From: Vibrio vulnificus CMCP6
GTDB lineage: Bacteria > Pseudomonadota > Gammaproteobacteria > Enterobacterales > Vibrionaceae
Direction of reading: 5' to 3'
Assembly (NCBI RefSeq): GCF_000039765.1
Contig: NC_004459.3
Span: 780,001 to 812,000 of the forward strand
DNA: 32,000 bases
Shown here: in pieces, positions 9,450-17,749 of the stretch
Layout: each line of letters begins with the position of its first letter
Position numbering within the stretch: position 1 is the stretch's first letter
Translations under genes and position numbers: made by a program
The notes under the pieces: model-generated
Database searches by the model: none
Told to the model about the DNA's origin: nothing
Seen by the model: only the letters and a program-made list of their open reading frames with translations

Positions 9450-10721
9450 TCAACCCCATACACCCTTTGTATCGACTACGATTCCATTGCTAGGTATATC
9501 TGATACTTTAAAGTTAGTATGATCAACCAGCATCACATGGATGCTAGCTTCAAGTTTTGCAAAATCTAAACTAGTTAATTCTACATTTTCTAATTTTTTA
9601 GGTACTACATCTATATTTGGCTCGATTGCTATAACTCTTCCATTATGCATTTCAGCAATTTTTTGTGTTATTGCCATTGCTGGACTTTCACGTAAGTCAT
9701 CAATATCTGGTTTAAATGCTAAACCATAGCATGCAATAGTCACATCTTTAGCGGTTTTGTCTGGGTTGGCTTGTAAAAAGTCTGCAATTGCTAATTTTAC
9801 TTTGTTAATCACCCACTGCGGTTTGCTATCATTGACTTTGCGTGCCGTATGAATAATTTGTGCTTCTTCTGGTGTTTTTGACACAATAAACCAAGGGTCA
9901 ACAGCAATACAGTGACCGCCTACACCTGGGCCAGGCTGGAGAATGTTGACACGAGGATGGCGGTTTGCCAGAGCGATTAGCTCCCATACGTTGATGTCTA
10001 GCTTGTCACAAATAATAGATAGTTCATTGGCAAAGGCAATTTGTACATCGCGAGAGCTATTTTCGGTAAGTTTCGCCATTTCCGCGGTACGCGCGTTGGT
10101 TACTACGCATTCACCTTGAACAAAAGTTTTATAGAGTTCAACCGCACGCGCCGAACACTTAGCTGTTAAACCACCAATTACTCGGTCGTTTTCAACTAGC
10201 TCACGAACTACATGGCCAGGCAAAACGCGCTCGGGGCAATGGGCAATGTTCACATCCGCGTCTTCACCGTGGGCTTGCGGGAAGGTAAGATCTGAACGAG
10301 CTTCAGCGAGCCAAGCTGCCATTTGCTCGGTTGCACCAACGGGTGAGGTCGATTCTAGAATCACCAAGTCACCTTTTTTCAGTACAGGGGCAATCGCTTT
10401 ACTAGCTGCTTCAATGTAAGAAAGATCAGGTGCTGGGATTTCGCCCTCTGCACAAGGTAAAAATGGTGTTGGCACGGCAATCAAAAAGGCATCGGCCGCT
10501 TCTGGTGTAGTGGTTGCTTTTAAGTAGCCGCCGCTGACTGCAGCATGCACCATCATATCGAGATCTGGCTCTACAATATGAATCTTACCTTGATTAATGG
10601 TATCAACAGCGTGTTGGTTAACATCCACACCAATCACTTTCTTTTTACGCGATGCAAACATCGCCGCTGTAGGTAAACCAATGTAGCCTAAGCCGATTAC
10701 TGAAATGGTTTCAAAAGACAT
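9450..10721 (-). CDS. wecC: UDP-N-acetyl-D-mannosamine dehydrogenase
   Basis: The N-terminus MSFETISVIGLGYIGLPTAAMFASRKKKVIGVDVNQHAVDTINQGKIHIVEPDLD is near-identical to E. coli WecC. It is 423 aa and sits next to wecB. Confidence 0.93.
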   Translation of the reverse strand: MSFETISVIGLGYIGLPTAAMFASRKKKVIGVDVNQHAVDTINQGKIHIVEPDLDMMVHAAVSGGYLKATTTPEAADAFLIAVPTPFLPCAEGEIPAPDLSYIEAASKAIAPVLKKGDLVILESTSPVGATEQMAAWLAEARSDLTFPQAHGEDADVNIAHCPERVLPGHVVRELVENDRVIGGLTAKCSARAVELYKTFVQGECVVTNARTAEMAKLTENSSRDVQIAFANELSIICDKLDINVWELIALANRHPRVNILQPGPGVGGHCIAVDPWFIVSKTPEEAQIIHTARKVNDSKPQWVINKVKLAIADFLQANPDKTAKDVTIACYGLAFKPDIDDLRESPAMAITQKIAEMHNGRVIAIEPNIDVVPKKLENVELTSLDFAKLEASIHVMLVDHTNFKVSDIPSNGIVVDTKGVWG

Positions 10722-10753
10722 TTTTGTGAGTCCTAATGTTATTTTATAAATTT

Positions 10754-10895
10754 AGTTCTAGGTTCTAGGTTCTAGGTTCTAGGTTCTAGGTTCTAGGTTC
10801 TAGGTTCTAGGTTCTAGGTTCTAGGTTCTAGGTTCTAGGTTCTAGGTTCTAGGTTCTAGGTTCTAGGTTCTAGGTTCTAGGTTCTAGGTTCTAGG
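10754..10895. repeat. Perfect tandem heptamer (GGTTCTA)n, about 20 copies, filling the wecB-wecC intergenic region
   Basis: Direct read: 19 perfect units at 10761-10893, plus a variant first unit AGTTCTA. The embedded CTAG palindrome gives stop codons in all six frames. Confidence 0.98.
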
Positions 10896-10909
10896 AGATA
10901 GTTTAATAG

Positions 10910-12034
10910 TTACTTGCACAGAGAATCGAGAATTCTTTGGCACGCTTTACCATCACCGTATGGGTTATGGGCAAAGCTCATTGCTTGATAGGCTTCGCTA
11001 TCGCTAAGCAAGGTGTTTAGGTTGGAGACGATTTTTTCCACATCTGTTCCCACCAGTTTAACTGTCCCTGCAGCAACCGCTTCGGGGCGTTCGGTTGTGT
11101 CGCGCATCACTAACACGGGCTTGCCAAGGGATGGCGCTTCTTCTTGAATACCACCGGAATCGGTGAGAATAATGTTCGCTCGGTCCATTAAGTAGATAAA
11201 GGGCAAGTATTGTTGCGGCTCAATCAGCAGCACATTTTCCACGCTACCTAGAATACGATTAACCGGTTCACGCACGTTAGGGTTTAAATGCATAGGGTAG
11301 AGAATTTGCACCTCAGGGTGCTGTTTTGCGGTTTGGGCTAGTGCTTCACAAATACGCTCAAAACCACCGCCAAAGCTTTCTCGTCGATGGCCAGTCACCA
11401 AGATGAGCTTTTTGTTTTCATCTAAGTAAGGGAACTGTGCGGCTAAGGTTGCTTTTAGATCAGCATCTTGCTCAATTTTCTCTTTCACCATTAGCAGCGC
11501 ATCAATTACCGTATTGCCAGTGACGAAAATATTCTCTTCTGAGTAATTCTCTTGCAGCAAATTTTGCTGCGAGGTTTCTGTTGGAGCAAAATGGTATTTG
11601 GTTAACGCACCGGTGAGCTTGCGGTTAGCTTCCTCTGGCCAGGGTGAATAGATGTTGCCTGTGCGCAGGCCTGCTTCAACATGCCCAACAGCAATTTGCT
11701 CATAATAGGCTGCTAAGCTGGCGGCAAACGTTGTAGCAGTGTCGCCGTGAACGAGTACGACATCGGGTTTAAATTCCTGCAAAACAGGTTTTAACTCTAA
11801 CAAAATTCGCGCCGTCACTTCATTGAGCGTTTGACCTGCTTTCATCAGGTTTAGATCATAGTCCGGAGTAATTTCAAACAACTCTAAAACTTGATCGAGC
11901 ATTTCACGGTGTTGAGCCGTTACACAACATTTTGCTTCGAAACGTTCATCCGCCGCTAAAGCATGCACTAATGGCGCCATTTTTATTGCTTCTGGACGTG
12001 TTCCAAAAACCGTGAGAACTTTCTTCTTTGACAT
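10910..12034 (-). CDS. wecB: UDP-N-acetylglucosamine 2-epimerase (non-hydrolysing)
   Basis: [22 protein letters not shown]...HVEAGLRTG...[31 protein letters not shown] matches E. coli WecB almost along its whole length. I chose the ATG at 12034 (MSKKKVL) over the TTG at 12049 given in the ORF track. Confidence 0.95.
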   Translation of the reverse strand: MSKKKVLTVFGTRPEAIKMAPLVHALAADERFEAKCCVTAQHREMLDQVLELFEITPDYDLNLMKAGQTLNEVTARILLELKPVLQEFKPDVVLVHGDTATTFAASLAAYYEQIAVGHVEAGLRTGNIYSPWPEEANRKLTGALTKYHFAPTETSQQNLLQENYSEENIFVTGNTVIDALLMVKEKIEQDADLKATLAAQFPYLDENKKLILVTGHRRESFGGGFERICEALAQTAKQHPEVQILYPMHLNPNVREPVNRILGSVENVLLIEPQQYLPFIYLMDRANIILTDSGGIQEEAPSLGKPVLVMRDTTERPEAVAAGTVKLVGTDVEKIVSNLNTLLSDSEAYQAMSFAHNPYGDGKACQRILDSLCK

Positions 12035-12117
12035 ATAACTAACCAACAATAATTTAGATACAAAATTCTGGAGATACTGAGGAGATAACAGCCGAATAGC
12101 AGTTCTCCCCGGTTAAT

Positions 12118-14301
12118 TTAAGCTTTATTACTCTCACCATAGCTATAGTTGTAGTAACCGTAGCCATAAGATGAAGAAGCTTTTTTCTCTATCGCGTTTA
12201 GAATCACGCCTTTTACTTCGATGCCCGCTTGCTCAAAGCGGCTACGTGCCACATCGATCTCTTTCACCGTGTTTTGACCAAAACGAGCGACCATTAATGT
12301 GGTGCCCGCAATTGCACCCACTATGCTTGGATCAGTTACTGCGAGTACTGGTGGTGTATCAATGATAACTAAGTCGTAGTGTTCACTTGCCCAATCGACG
12401 AGTTCTTTAAAACGAGGGTGCATTAGCAGCTCTGAAGGGTTTGGTGGCACTTGGCCGCGGGTAATGATGTCCAAGTTCTCGACTTTGGCAGATTGCACTG
12501 CGACGTCTCTTGTTACTTTCCCGCTGAGCAGATCCGATAGGCCATTTTCCCAATTCAAACCAAAGCACTGCTGCAAGTAGCCTTTGCGCATATCTGCATC
12601 AATCAGCAATACTTTTTGCCCTGTTTTTGCTGCTACCGCAGCAAAGTTGGTGGAGACAAACGACTTACCAATGCCAGGCGCTGGGCCTGAGATCATCAAT
12701 ACGTTGTTTTTTGCTTCCATCATCGCAAAGTGTAAGCTGGTGCGAAGGCCACGCAACGCCTCAATGGAAAGATCGGCTGGGTTACTTTCCGCCAGTAGCG
12801 TCAAATCTGTATTGCGCTTCTTGCGAGCAAGCTTATTGGCAAGCTCTAGCTGTAGGTTCGATTTAGGAACACTTGCATACACAGAAAGGCCAATCTGTTC
12901 AATTTCATCTGGGGTTTCTACACCGCGATGAAGTGCGGCTTTAACCAGAACCAAAGCCACACTGAGCATGCCACCTAACAGAGTCGCAAGCACTACGATC
13001 AGAGGTTTCTTCGGTTTGACCGGTTTTGCGTAACTTTGCGCTTCATCGAGAATACGCACGTTACCTACGGTACCTGCTTTGATGATGCTGAGTTCTTGGA
13101 CTTTGTTCAGTAACTGAATGTAGATCTGTTGGTTAACTTCTACATCACGCGTCATGCGCAGCACTTCACGCTGTGTTTTAGGCAGTTTTTGCACCTGCTG
13201 GTTTAAGCGCTCGCGCTCTTTAAGTAGCGTTTCTCGCTTATCGAGTAGAGAACGGTATGCAGGATGGTCTTTGGTAAAACGTTGGCTGATTTCACTTTCT
13301 TTGAAGGTCAGCTCGTTTAGCTGTGCTTCCAGTTTAACCATCACATCCAGAGTCGATTTGGCTTCTAAGCCTAAGTCGATCGACTCATTGTCTTGACGGA
13401 ATCGATTCAGTGTATCTTCTGCCGTTGTAAGGCTGTTTTTGATGTCTGGTAAATGGCCTTTTAAGAAAGTTAAGCTTTTTTCCGCTTCCGCCGAATTTCG
13501 CTCAACGTTTTGTAAGAAGTAGGTTTGGCTAATATGGTTGAGAATTTCACTGATTTGCTTACGGTTTTCACCTTCAAAACTCAGCATTAAAATGCCCGTT
13601 TGCTTACCACGCTCACTGATCGCTAAGTTCTTTTTCAGCCACTCAATCGCCTCTAGGCGGCTCTGTTGCGATAGAGAAAACTCTTGCTCATTGTGGGAAC
13701 GTAATTCCGTAACAAACAGCTCGTAACCGTCATTTTTTGCTAGCTCTCCCGCAACACCTTGCAGCACCACTTGCTCATCACCACGTACTAATTGATACGT
13801 TTTCTTCTCTGAATCCAGCACCACTAAGGTATGCTTCATCTCTTGCGCGTATTCTGGCACTGCATAACGGCTGATTTCGATTTGGTTTACCTTTCCAGCG
13901 ATGCGAGCCAACCCCTTACCAATGACAGGCAAGTATTTTGACTCTGCTACTGTGGTCAAATTGAACTTATCTACCGTGTCACCCAAAATCATTCGCGATT
14001 TGATGATTTCGATTTCCGTTGTAGCAGAAGATTCTTGTGAGAATAACTCCCCCATATCTCCACCAACTAAAGAGCCTATCCCACCTTTGCTTTTTTCTTC
14101 GATTTGCAATAAAGCATCCGCTTTATAGATAGGTGTTGAAAGTAGCGCAACCGCGACTCCACCAACCGCAAATAAGAAGGTTGTTACTAGGATGATCCAT
14201 TTTGCATCCAAAAGAATGCCAAGCAGCTTGCCTAAATCGATTTCGTCAGACGAGTTATCAACGGAAGATCGGTTTTGTGGTGTTGTCATTGTCTCGTTCA
14301 T
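12118..14301 (-). CDS. wzc: Tyrosine autokinase / polysaccharide co-polymerase (PCP-2a)
   Basis: 727 aa. It has an N-terminal Wzz-like domain with two TM segments, a Walker A motif (GPAPGIGKS), and a C-terminal tyrosine cluster (SSSYGYGYYNYSYG). It is adjacent to wzb and wza. Confidence 0.95.
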   Translation of the reverse strand: MNETMTTPQNRSSVDNSSDEIDLGKLLGILLDAKWIILVTTFLFAVGGVAVALLSTPIYKADALLQIEEKSKGGIGSLVGGDMGELFSQESSATTEIEIIKSRMILGDTVDKFNLTTVAESKYLPVIGKGLARIAGKVNQIEISRYAVPEYAQEMKHTLVVLDSEKKTYQLVRGDEQVVLQGVAGELAKNDGYELFVTELRSHNEQEFSLSQQSRLEAIEWLKKNLAISERGKQTGILMLSFEGENRKQISEILNHISQTYFLQNVERNSAEAEKSLTFLKGHLPDIKNSLTTAEDTLNRFRQDNESIDLGLEAKSTLDVMVKLEAQLNELTFKESEISQRFTKDHPAYRSLLDKRETLLKERERLNQQVQKLPKTQREVLRMTRDVEVNQQIYIQLLNKVQELSIIKAGTVGNVRILDEAQSYAKPVKPKKPLIVVLATLLGGMLSVALVLVKAALHRGVETPDEIEQIGLSVYASVPKSNLQLELANKLARKKRNTDLTLLAESNPADLSIEALRGLRTSLHFAMMEAKNNVLMISGPAPGIGKSFVSTNFAAVAAKTGQKVLLIDADMRKGYLQQCFGLNWENGLSDLLSGKVTRDVAVQSAKVENLDIITRGQVPPNPSELLMHPRFKELVDWASEHYDLVIIDTPPVLAVTDPSIVGAIAGTTLMVARFGQNTVKEIDVARSRFEQAGIEVKGVILNAIEKKASSSYGYGYYNYSYGESNKA

Positions 14302-14341
14302 TTCCGGGTTGGTGGATTTATGATTTGTTTGTTGGAAAAAC

Positions 14342-14457
14342 GGTCCTGTGGTCCTGTGGTCCTGTGGTCCTGTGGTCCTGTGGTCCTGTGGTCCTGTGGT
14401 CCTGTGGTCCTGTGGTCCTGTGGTCCTGTGGTCCTGTGGTCCTGTGGTCCTGTGGTC
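14342..14457 (+). repeat. Perfect tandem octamer (GGTCCTGT)14 in the wzb-wzc intergenic region
   Basis: Direct read: 14 perfect units at 14342-14453, plus a partial GGTC. There are no stop codons in any frame, which explains the artefactual VLWSCGP / TTGPQDHR ORFs. Confidence 0.98.
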
Positions 14458-14511
14458 AAGGCTAAAAGCATTGCAAAGGAATACAAGCGTCTAGGTCAGT
14501 TTTTCCTTTTA

Positions 14512-14952
14512 TTACAATTTCTTTGCCCAGGCTTGTGCGGCTTCGTCAATCAACTGATAAGCGTGCACGAAGGCTTCTTTGCTTTGACGGTACGGATCGG
14601 GGATATCTTTTTGCCCGATCCATTGGCCGAATAGCATAGTTTTTCCGCGAGCTTCTGGGGCGATTTGTGTTAATGCTTCCATATGGCCTTTTTCCATGAC
14701 TAGGATCAGATCATATTGGCTACACAGCGCAGAGGTAAGTTGCTGTGATTGATGGTTTTCTACATCAACACCATTCTCTTTTGCCACTTCTATCGCCATT
14801 GCATCGGCTGGCTTACCAATTAAACGGCTTTTCTCTGCTGCAATACCGGCAGAAGCAACGGTTTTATTCGGAAGTAGTTTTTGTAGCACACGCTCACCAG
14901 TTGGAGAGCGGCAAATGTTACCGACACAAACGACTAAGATTTTGTTAAACAT
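14512..14952 (-). CDS. wzb: Low-molecular-weight protein-tyrosine phosphatase
   Basis: 146 aa. The CVGNICRSP active-site loop matches C-x5-R-S/T, and DPY lies near the C-terminus. It sits between wza and wzc. Confidence 0.95.
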   Translation of the reverse strand: MFNKILVVCVGNICRSPTGERVLQKLLPNKTVASAGIAAEKSRLIGKPADAMAIEVAKENGVDVENHQSQQLTSALCSQYDLILVMEKGHMEALTQIAPEARGKTMLFGQWIGQKDIPDPYRQSKEAFVHAYQLIDEAAQAWAKKL

Positions 14953-14974
14953 GAGTAATGCCTATTGAATTATT

Positions 14975-15190
14975 GGTCCTGTGGTCCTGTGGTCCTGTGG
15001 TCCTGTGGTCCTGTGGTCCTGTGGTCCTGTGGTCCTGTGGTCCTGTGGTCCTGTGGTCCTGTGGTCCTGTGGTCCTGTGGTCCTGTGGTCCTGTGGTCCT
15101 GTGGTCCTGTGGTCCTGTGGTCCTGTGGTCCTGTGGTCCTGTGGTCCTGTGGTCCTGTGGTCCTGTGGTCCTGTGGTCCTGTGGTCCTGT
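14975..15190 (+). repeat. Perfect tandem octamer (GGTCCTGT)27, immediately upstream (in the mRNA sense) of wzb
   Basis: Direct read: 216 bp, equal to 27 perfect units. It has the same unit and orientation as the array at 14342-14457. Confidence 0.98.
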
Positions 15191-15229
15191 AAAACAGGAG
15201 AGCAACAGCCACACCAATTATGTCAAGTG

Positions 15230-15589
15230 TTATCGTACCGTGCCTTTGCGAATTTTGATCAACTTCGCCAGCATGACAGAAATATGTTTAGCTTCTTGAA
15301 CGAATACCATTCCCTGCTCTTTGCTGAGGTAACCCAGCTCTATCGCGATGTAGAGTTGAGTAATCATTTCTCCACAAGAGCCCTTAGCAATATATAAGAA
15401 TCGCGCTGATTCTTTGGCCGTTTCCCTTTCCTCACCTTCTGAAATATTGGAAGGGATGGAAAGGGAACTTCGCGTTATCTGATCAACCAATGCATAGTTT
15501 TTACAGCGATGAAGGGCTTTGACGATATCAACAGAAAGTCTTGAACTCTTTTTCCATACTTCAAGCCTCTCAAATCCCAAAACCCTCAT
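15230..15589 (-). CDS. Four-helix-bundle protein of the '23S rRNA intervening-sequence protein' family
   Basis: FERLEVWKKSSRLSVDIVKAL...QITRSSLSIPSNISEGEER...ARFLYIAKGSCGEMITQLYIAIELGYL matches the hallmark pattern of that family (FExLxVWQ...; SIxxNIAEG; FLxIAxGSxxE). The ATG at 15589 is preceded by an AAGGA Shine-Dalgarno sequence. The track start at 15592 is a TTG. Confidence 0.8.
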   Translation of the reverse strand: MRVLGFERLEVWKKSSRLSVDIVKALHRCKNYALVDQITRSSLSIPSNISEGEERETAKESARFLYIAKGSCGEMITQLYIAIELGYLSKEQGMVFVQEAKHISVMLAKLIKIRKGTVR

Positions 15590-15670
15590 CAACCATCCTT
15601 GCTTACACGAGACTTATCCAATCCATTAGCCCCTAGGACCCAAGGGCCATAGGACCGCTTTTAAATTATC

Positions 15671-16807
15671 TTACGGCCACGTTTTAACGCGTAGAGCACC
15701 TTCAGTTAGGTTGTTGAAGCCGTTGATCGTTGGTAATAACTGACCAATTACACGGTTCCAGCGAGAGATCGGTGCGGCGGTCACATAAACGATATCGTAT
15801 GGTTTTAGATCGAATTCTGTGCCAATCACTAGTGCAGAGGCATCTTTAATATTGAGCTGATAGATGTCCGCCATGCGTTCAGATTTGTTGTCTGACGTAC
15901 GGATAACGAACACACCAGTTGCATCTGCTGAGAGCTCGTTGATGCCGCCGACACTGCTGAGTGCTTCCGTCAGGCTCATGCCTGAACGATCCATTTTAAG
16001 CAGTTTGGGATCTTTCACTTCTCCCATTACAAACACTTTTTGGCTGTCGTTGCGTGGCACGTGGATGATATCGCCCGGCTCTAATAAACGGTTTTGCGTT
16101 AAATCACCGCGCTGCATAAGCGCGTAAAGAGAAATAGCTTGCTCTTCACCGTTGCGAGTAAGCGTCACGTTGCGCCAATCGGCATCTTCCGCTAGACCAC
16201 CAGCACGGTTAACCGCATCAAGAATGGTTAAAGGGATATTGGTGATGGCTTGTTGGCCTGGATTTTCAACTTCACCAGTAATGTAAGCTTTTTTAGAGCG
16301 GAACGCGGCAACGTTGACATCGACCTGTGGGCTTTCAATAAATTTCGCAAGACGTTTAGCGATATCGGCGCGGATCTCACGCACGGTTTTATCTGCCACT
16401 TCTACAGTGCCAATGTAAGGATAGAAAATGGTGCCATCTGCATGCACCCAGTTACCTGCTTCAGATGCACTACGGTAAGAGCCTGCGGGAATCGTCAGTT
16501 CAGGGTGATCCCAAATGGTAACGTTAAGAATGTCGCCAGGGCCCACTTTGTATTCATAGCGTGCGATCTGCACATCAAGTTCTGGGTTTGCGCGAGAAGC
16601 AAAATGCTGCGCTTTGGCGTATTCCGTGACCGATTGAGCGTTTAGCGGATACAGATTAACCACCTCAGAAAGGTTACTTTCTTGGCTGCTATCGTTCACT
16701 TCAACAAGGTTTTTATTATCGGTGGATAGATGTGAGCCGGGTACAGTACAACCGGCAAGCAAGGCAGGCGCTAGCATCGCTAGCAGAAGTTTTGTTTTTA
16801 GTTCCAT
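15671..16807 (-). CDS. wza: Outer-membrane polysaccharide export lipoprotein (OPX)
   Basis: It is strongly collinear with E. coli Wza ([22 protein letters not shown]..., [21 protein letters not shown]..., [21 protein letters not shown]). I chose the start at M33 ([20 protein letters not shown]) because it gives a signal peptide plus a lipobox. Confidence 0.93.
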   Translation of the reverse strand: MELKTKLLLAMLAPALLAGCTVPGSHLSTDNKNLVEVNDSSQESNLSEVVNLYPLNAQSVTEYAKAQHFASRANPELDVQIARYEYKVGPGDILNVTIWDHPELTIPAGSYRSASEAGNWVHADGTIFYPYIGTVEVADKTVREIRADIAKRLAKFIESPQVDVNVAAFRSKKAYITGEVENPGQQAITNIPLTILDAVNRAGGLAEDADWRNVTLTRNGEEQAISLYALMQRGDLTQNRLLEPGDIIHVPRNDSQKVFVMGEVKDPKLLKMDRSGMSLTEALSSVGGINELSADATGVFVIRTSDNKSERMADIYQLNIKDASALVIGTEFDLKPYDIVYVTAAPISRWNRVIGQLLPTINGFNNLTEGALRVKTWP

Positions 16808-17084
16808 GTAAGCCAAATCGTCTAAATTAAGAGTGTTTACAGCACTCTTGAATGAGCAAAGGTTCGATTGAACACCATTTCTTTCTAACGCTTTTGAAAG
16901 CATAGGTATTCAACATAGTTAAAGGCGTTTTCCTTAACCGCATTTAACTATACTTTATAGCCTAGCTCCCACACTGACTGCGATTTTAAGCAGCTTCGCA
17001 CAACATTCTACGCTAACTGAACGTAAGAAAATGTAAGAACCCGTTAAAAGTGTGGTTTTCCACCCATATTTGTGGCTTTTTTGA

Positions 17085-17128
17085 CACGCTACCGCCCTTT
17101 GGTAAGCACGCAAAACCACATAGCGCTG
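17085..17128 (-). promoter_or_regulatory. JUMPStart element containing an exact ops site (RfaH recruitment)
   Basis: The reverse complement of 17085-17096 is GGCGGTAGCGTG, which equals the 12-nt ops consensus. An upstream CAGCGCT box at 17122-17128 resembles the JUMPStart 5' box (CAGTGCT). The element lies about 278 nt upstream of the wza ATG. Confidence 0.85.
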
Positions 17129-17341
17129 GGACAATTTGCTGCGCAATAGCTCTAATAATGGCTTGCTGCAACAAAGTACTGACGTTTTATGACACCACTG
17201 AGTATTGTGTCATTATTAATATTTTTTATGGGCGGTTATTATCCATATTGTGGCTTAGAGCACAATGATTTTTGCTACGCAAACGGTACTATCAATGAGA
17301 TAAAAACCATAAATTCACATCGTTGCAGCTACAACTAATTG

Positions 17342-17371
17342 TTTACATTCCGTCCAAATTCTACCTAAAAT
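17342..17371 (+). promoter_or_regulatory. Candidate sigma70 promoter for the yjbE-like gene
   Basis: TTTACA (17342-47), an 18-nt spacer, then TAAAAT (17366-71), about 65 nt upstream of the ATG at 17437. This is a pattern match only. Confidence 0.25.
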
Positions 17372-17436
17372 AAACACCGGAGCTATTAAAGTTCCGACAT
17401 CGATGTTTGAAAACGTATATATACAAAGGAATAATC

Positions 17437-17697
17437 ATGAAAAAAATCGCATTAGCAGCGTTGATTGCACTAGGTGTGTCTTCTACTGCATTTGCTGCGG
17501 GTGAAGCTGCAACAGCAACTACAGCAACTAGTACAACTGCTTCTACAGGCGCAGCAGCAGGTGCAGGCGCAGGTGCAGCTGGCGCGGGTGCAGCAACAAC
17601 TGCAGCAGTAGCGGCAGGTGCAGCAGTAGCGGCAACAGCGGTTGTTGTTTCTTCAAACAACACTACTGGTACTACTGGTACTACTGGTACTAACTAA
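17437..17697 (+). CDS. yjbE: YjbE/GfcA-like small secreted Ala/Gly/Thr-rich protein
   Basis: The ATG at 17437 is preceded by an AAAGGA Shine-Dalgarno sequence. The signal peptide MKKIALAALIALGVSSTAFA is followed by a low-complexity A/G/T tract ending in TTGTTGTTGTN, as in E. coli YjbE. The gene is on the same strand as yjbFGH. The track start at 17407 is a TTG. Confidence 0.75.
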   Translation: MKKIALAALIALGVSSTAFAAGEAATATTATSTTASTGAAAGAGAGAAGAGAATTAAVAAGAAVAATAVVVSSNNTTGTTGTTGTN

Positions 17698-17719
17698 GTT
17701 TTAGTGCTTTAGTCTCTAA

Positions 17720-17749
17720 GCCAACACTTGAAAGAGTGTTGGCTTTTTT
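17720..17749 (+). terminator. Rho-independent terminator after yjbE
   Basis: A perfect 9-bp stem (GCCAACACT, 17720-28, pairing with AGTGTTGGC, 17735-43) with a 6-nt loop, followed by TTTTTTGTTTT. Confidence 0.75.

Noticed and set aside
12171-14128. Plus-strand ORFs inside wzc (12171-12365, 12584-12931, 12627-12866, 13154-13396, 13538-13726, 13901-14128)
   Set aside because: They are antisense to a strongly supported 727-aa Wzc. They are Ser/Arg/Leu-rich, as is typical of antisense frames, and show no motifs.
14202-15397. ORF-track proteins made of VLWSCGP or TTGPQDHR repeats (14202-14465, 14275-14634, 14298-14486, 14945-15217, 14958-15299, 14965-15192, 14970-15212, 14981-15397)
   Set aside because: They are read-through of the stop-free GGTCCTGT octamer in several frames and on both strands at once. 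An 8-bp unit cannot keep one frame, no ribosome-binding site is present, and they overlap wzc and wzb. They are artefacts of the microsatellite.
15592-16903. Longer start codons given by the ORF track (wza at 16903, wecB at 12049, hldD at 24463, four-helix-bundle gene at 15592, yjbE at 17407, heparinase-like gene at 3187)
   Set aside because: The extensions begin at TTG or add N-terminal residues absent from homologues. The internal ATGs give a lipobox signal peptide (wza), homologue-matching N-termini (wecB, hldD), or proper Shine-Dalgarno spacing. The shorter coordinates are reported, with the residual uncertainty noted.
16955-17268. Small ORFs 16955-17146 (-) and 17050-17268 (+) in the wza leader
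   Set aside because: They overlap each other and the JUMPStart/ops element, and they lack a ribosome-binding site or any recognisable motif. The region is better explained as a 5' untranslated leader and divergent promoter region.
17361-17663. 100-aa Ala-rich ORF on the minus strand, antisense to yjbE
   Set aside because: It is the mirror image of the GC-rich Ala/Gly/Thr codon tract of yjbE. It has no signal peptide or ribosome-binding site. The plus-strand gene has a Shine-Dalgarno sequence, a signal peptide and a terminator, and matches the YjbE architecture.
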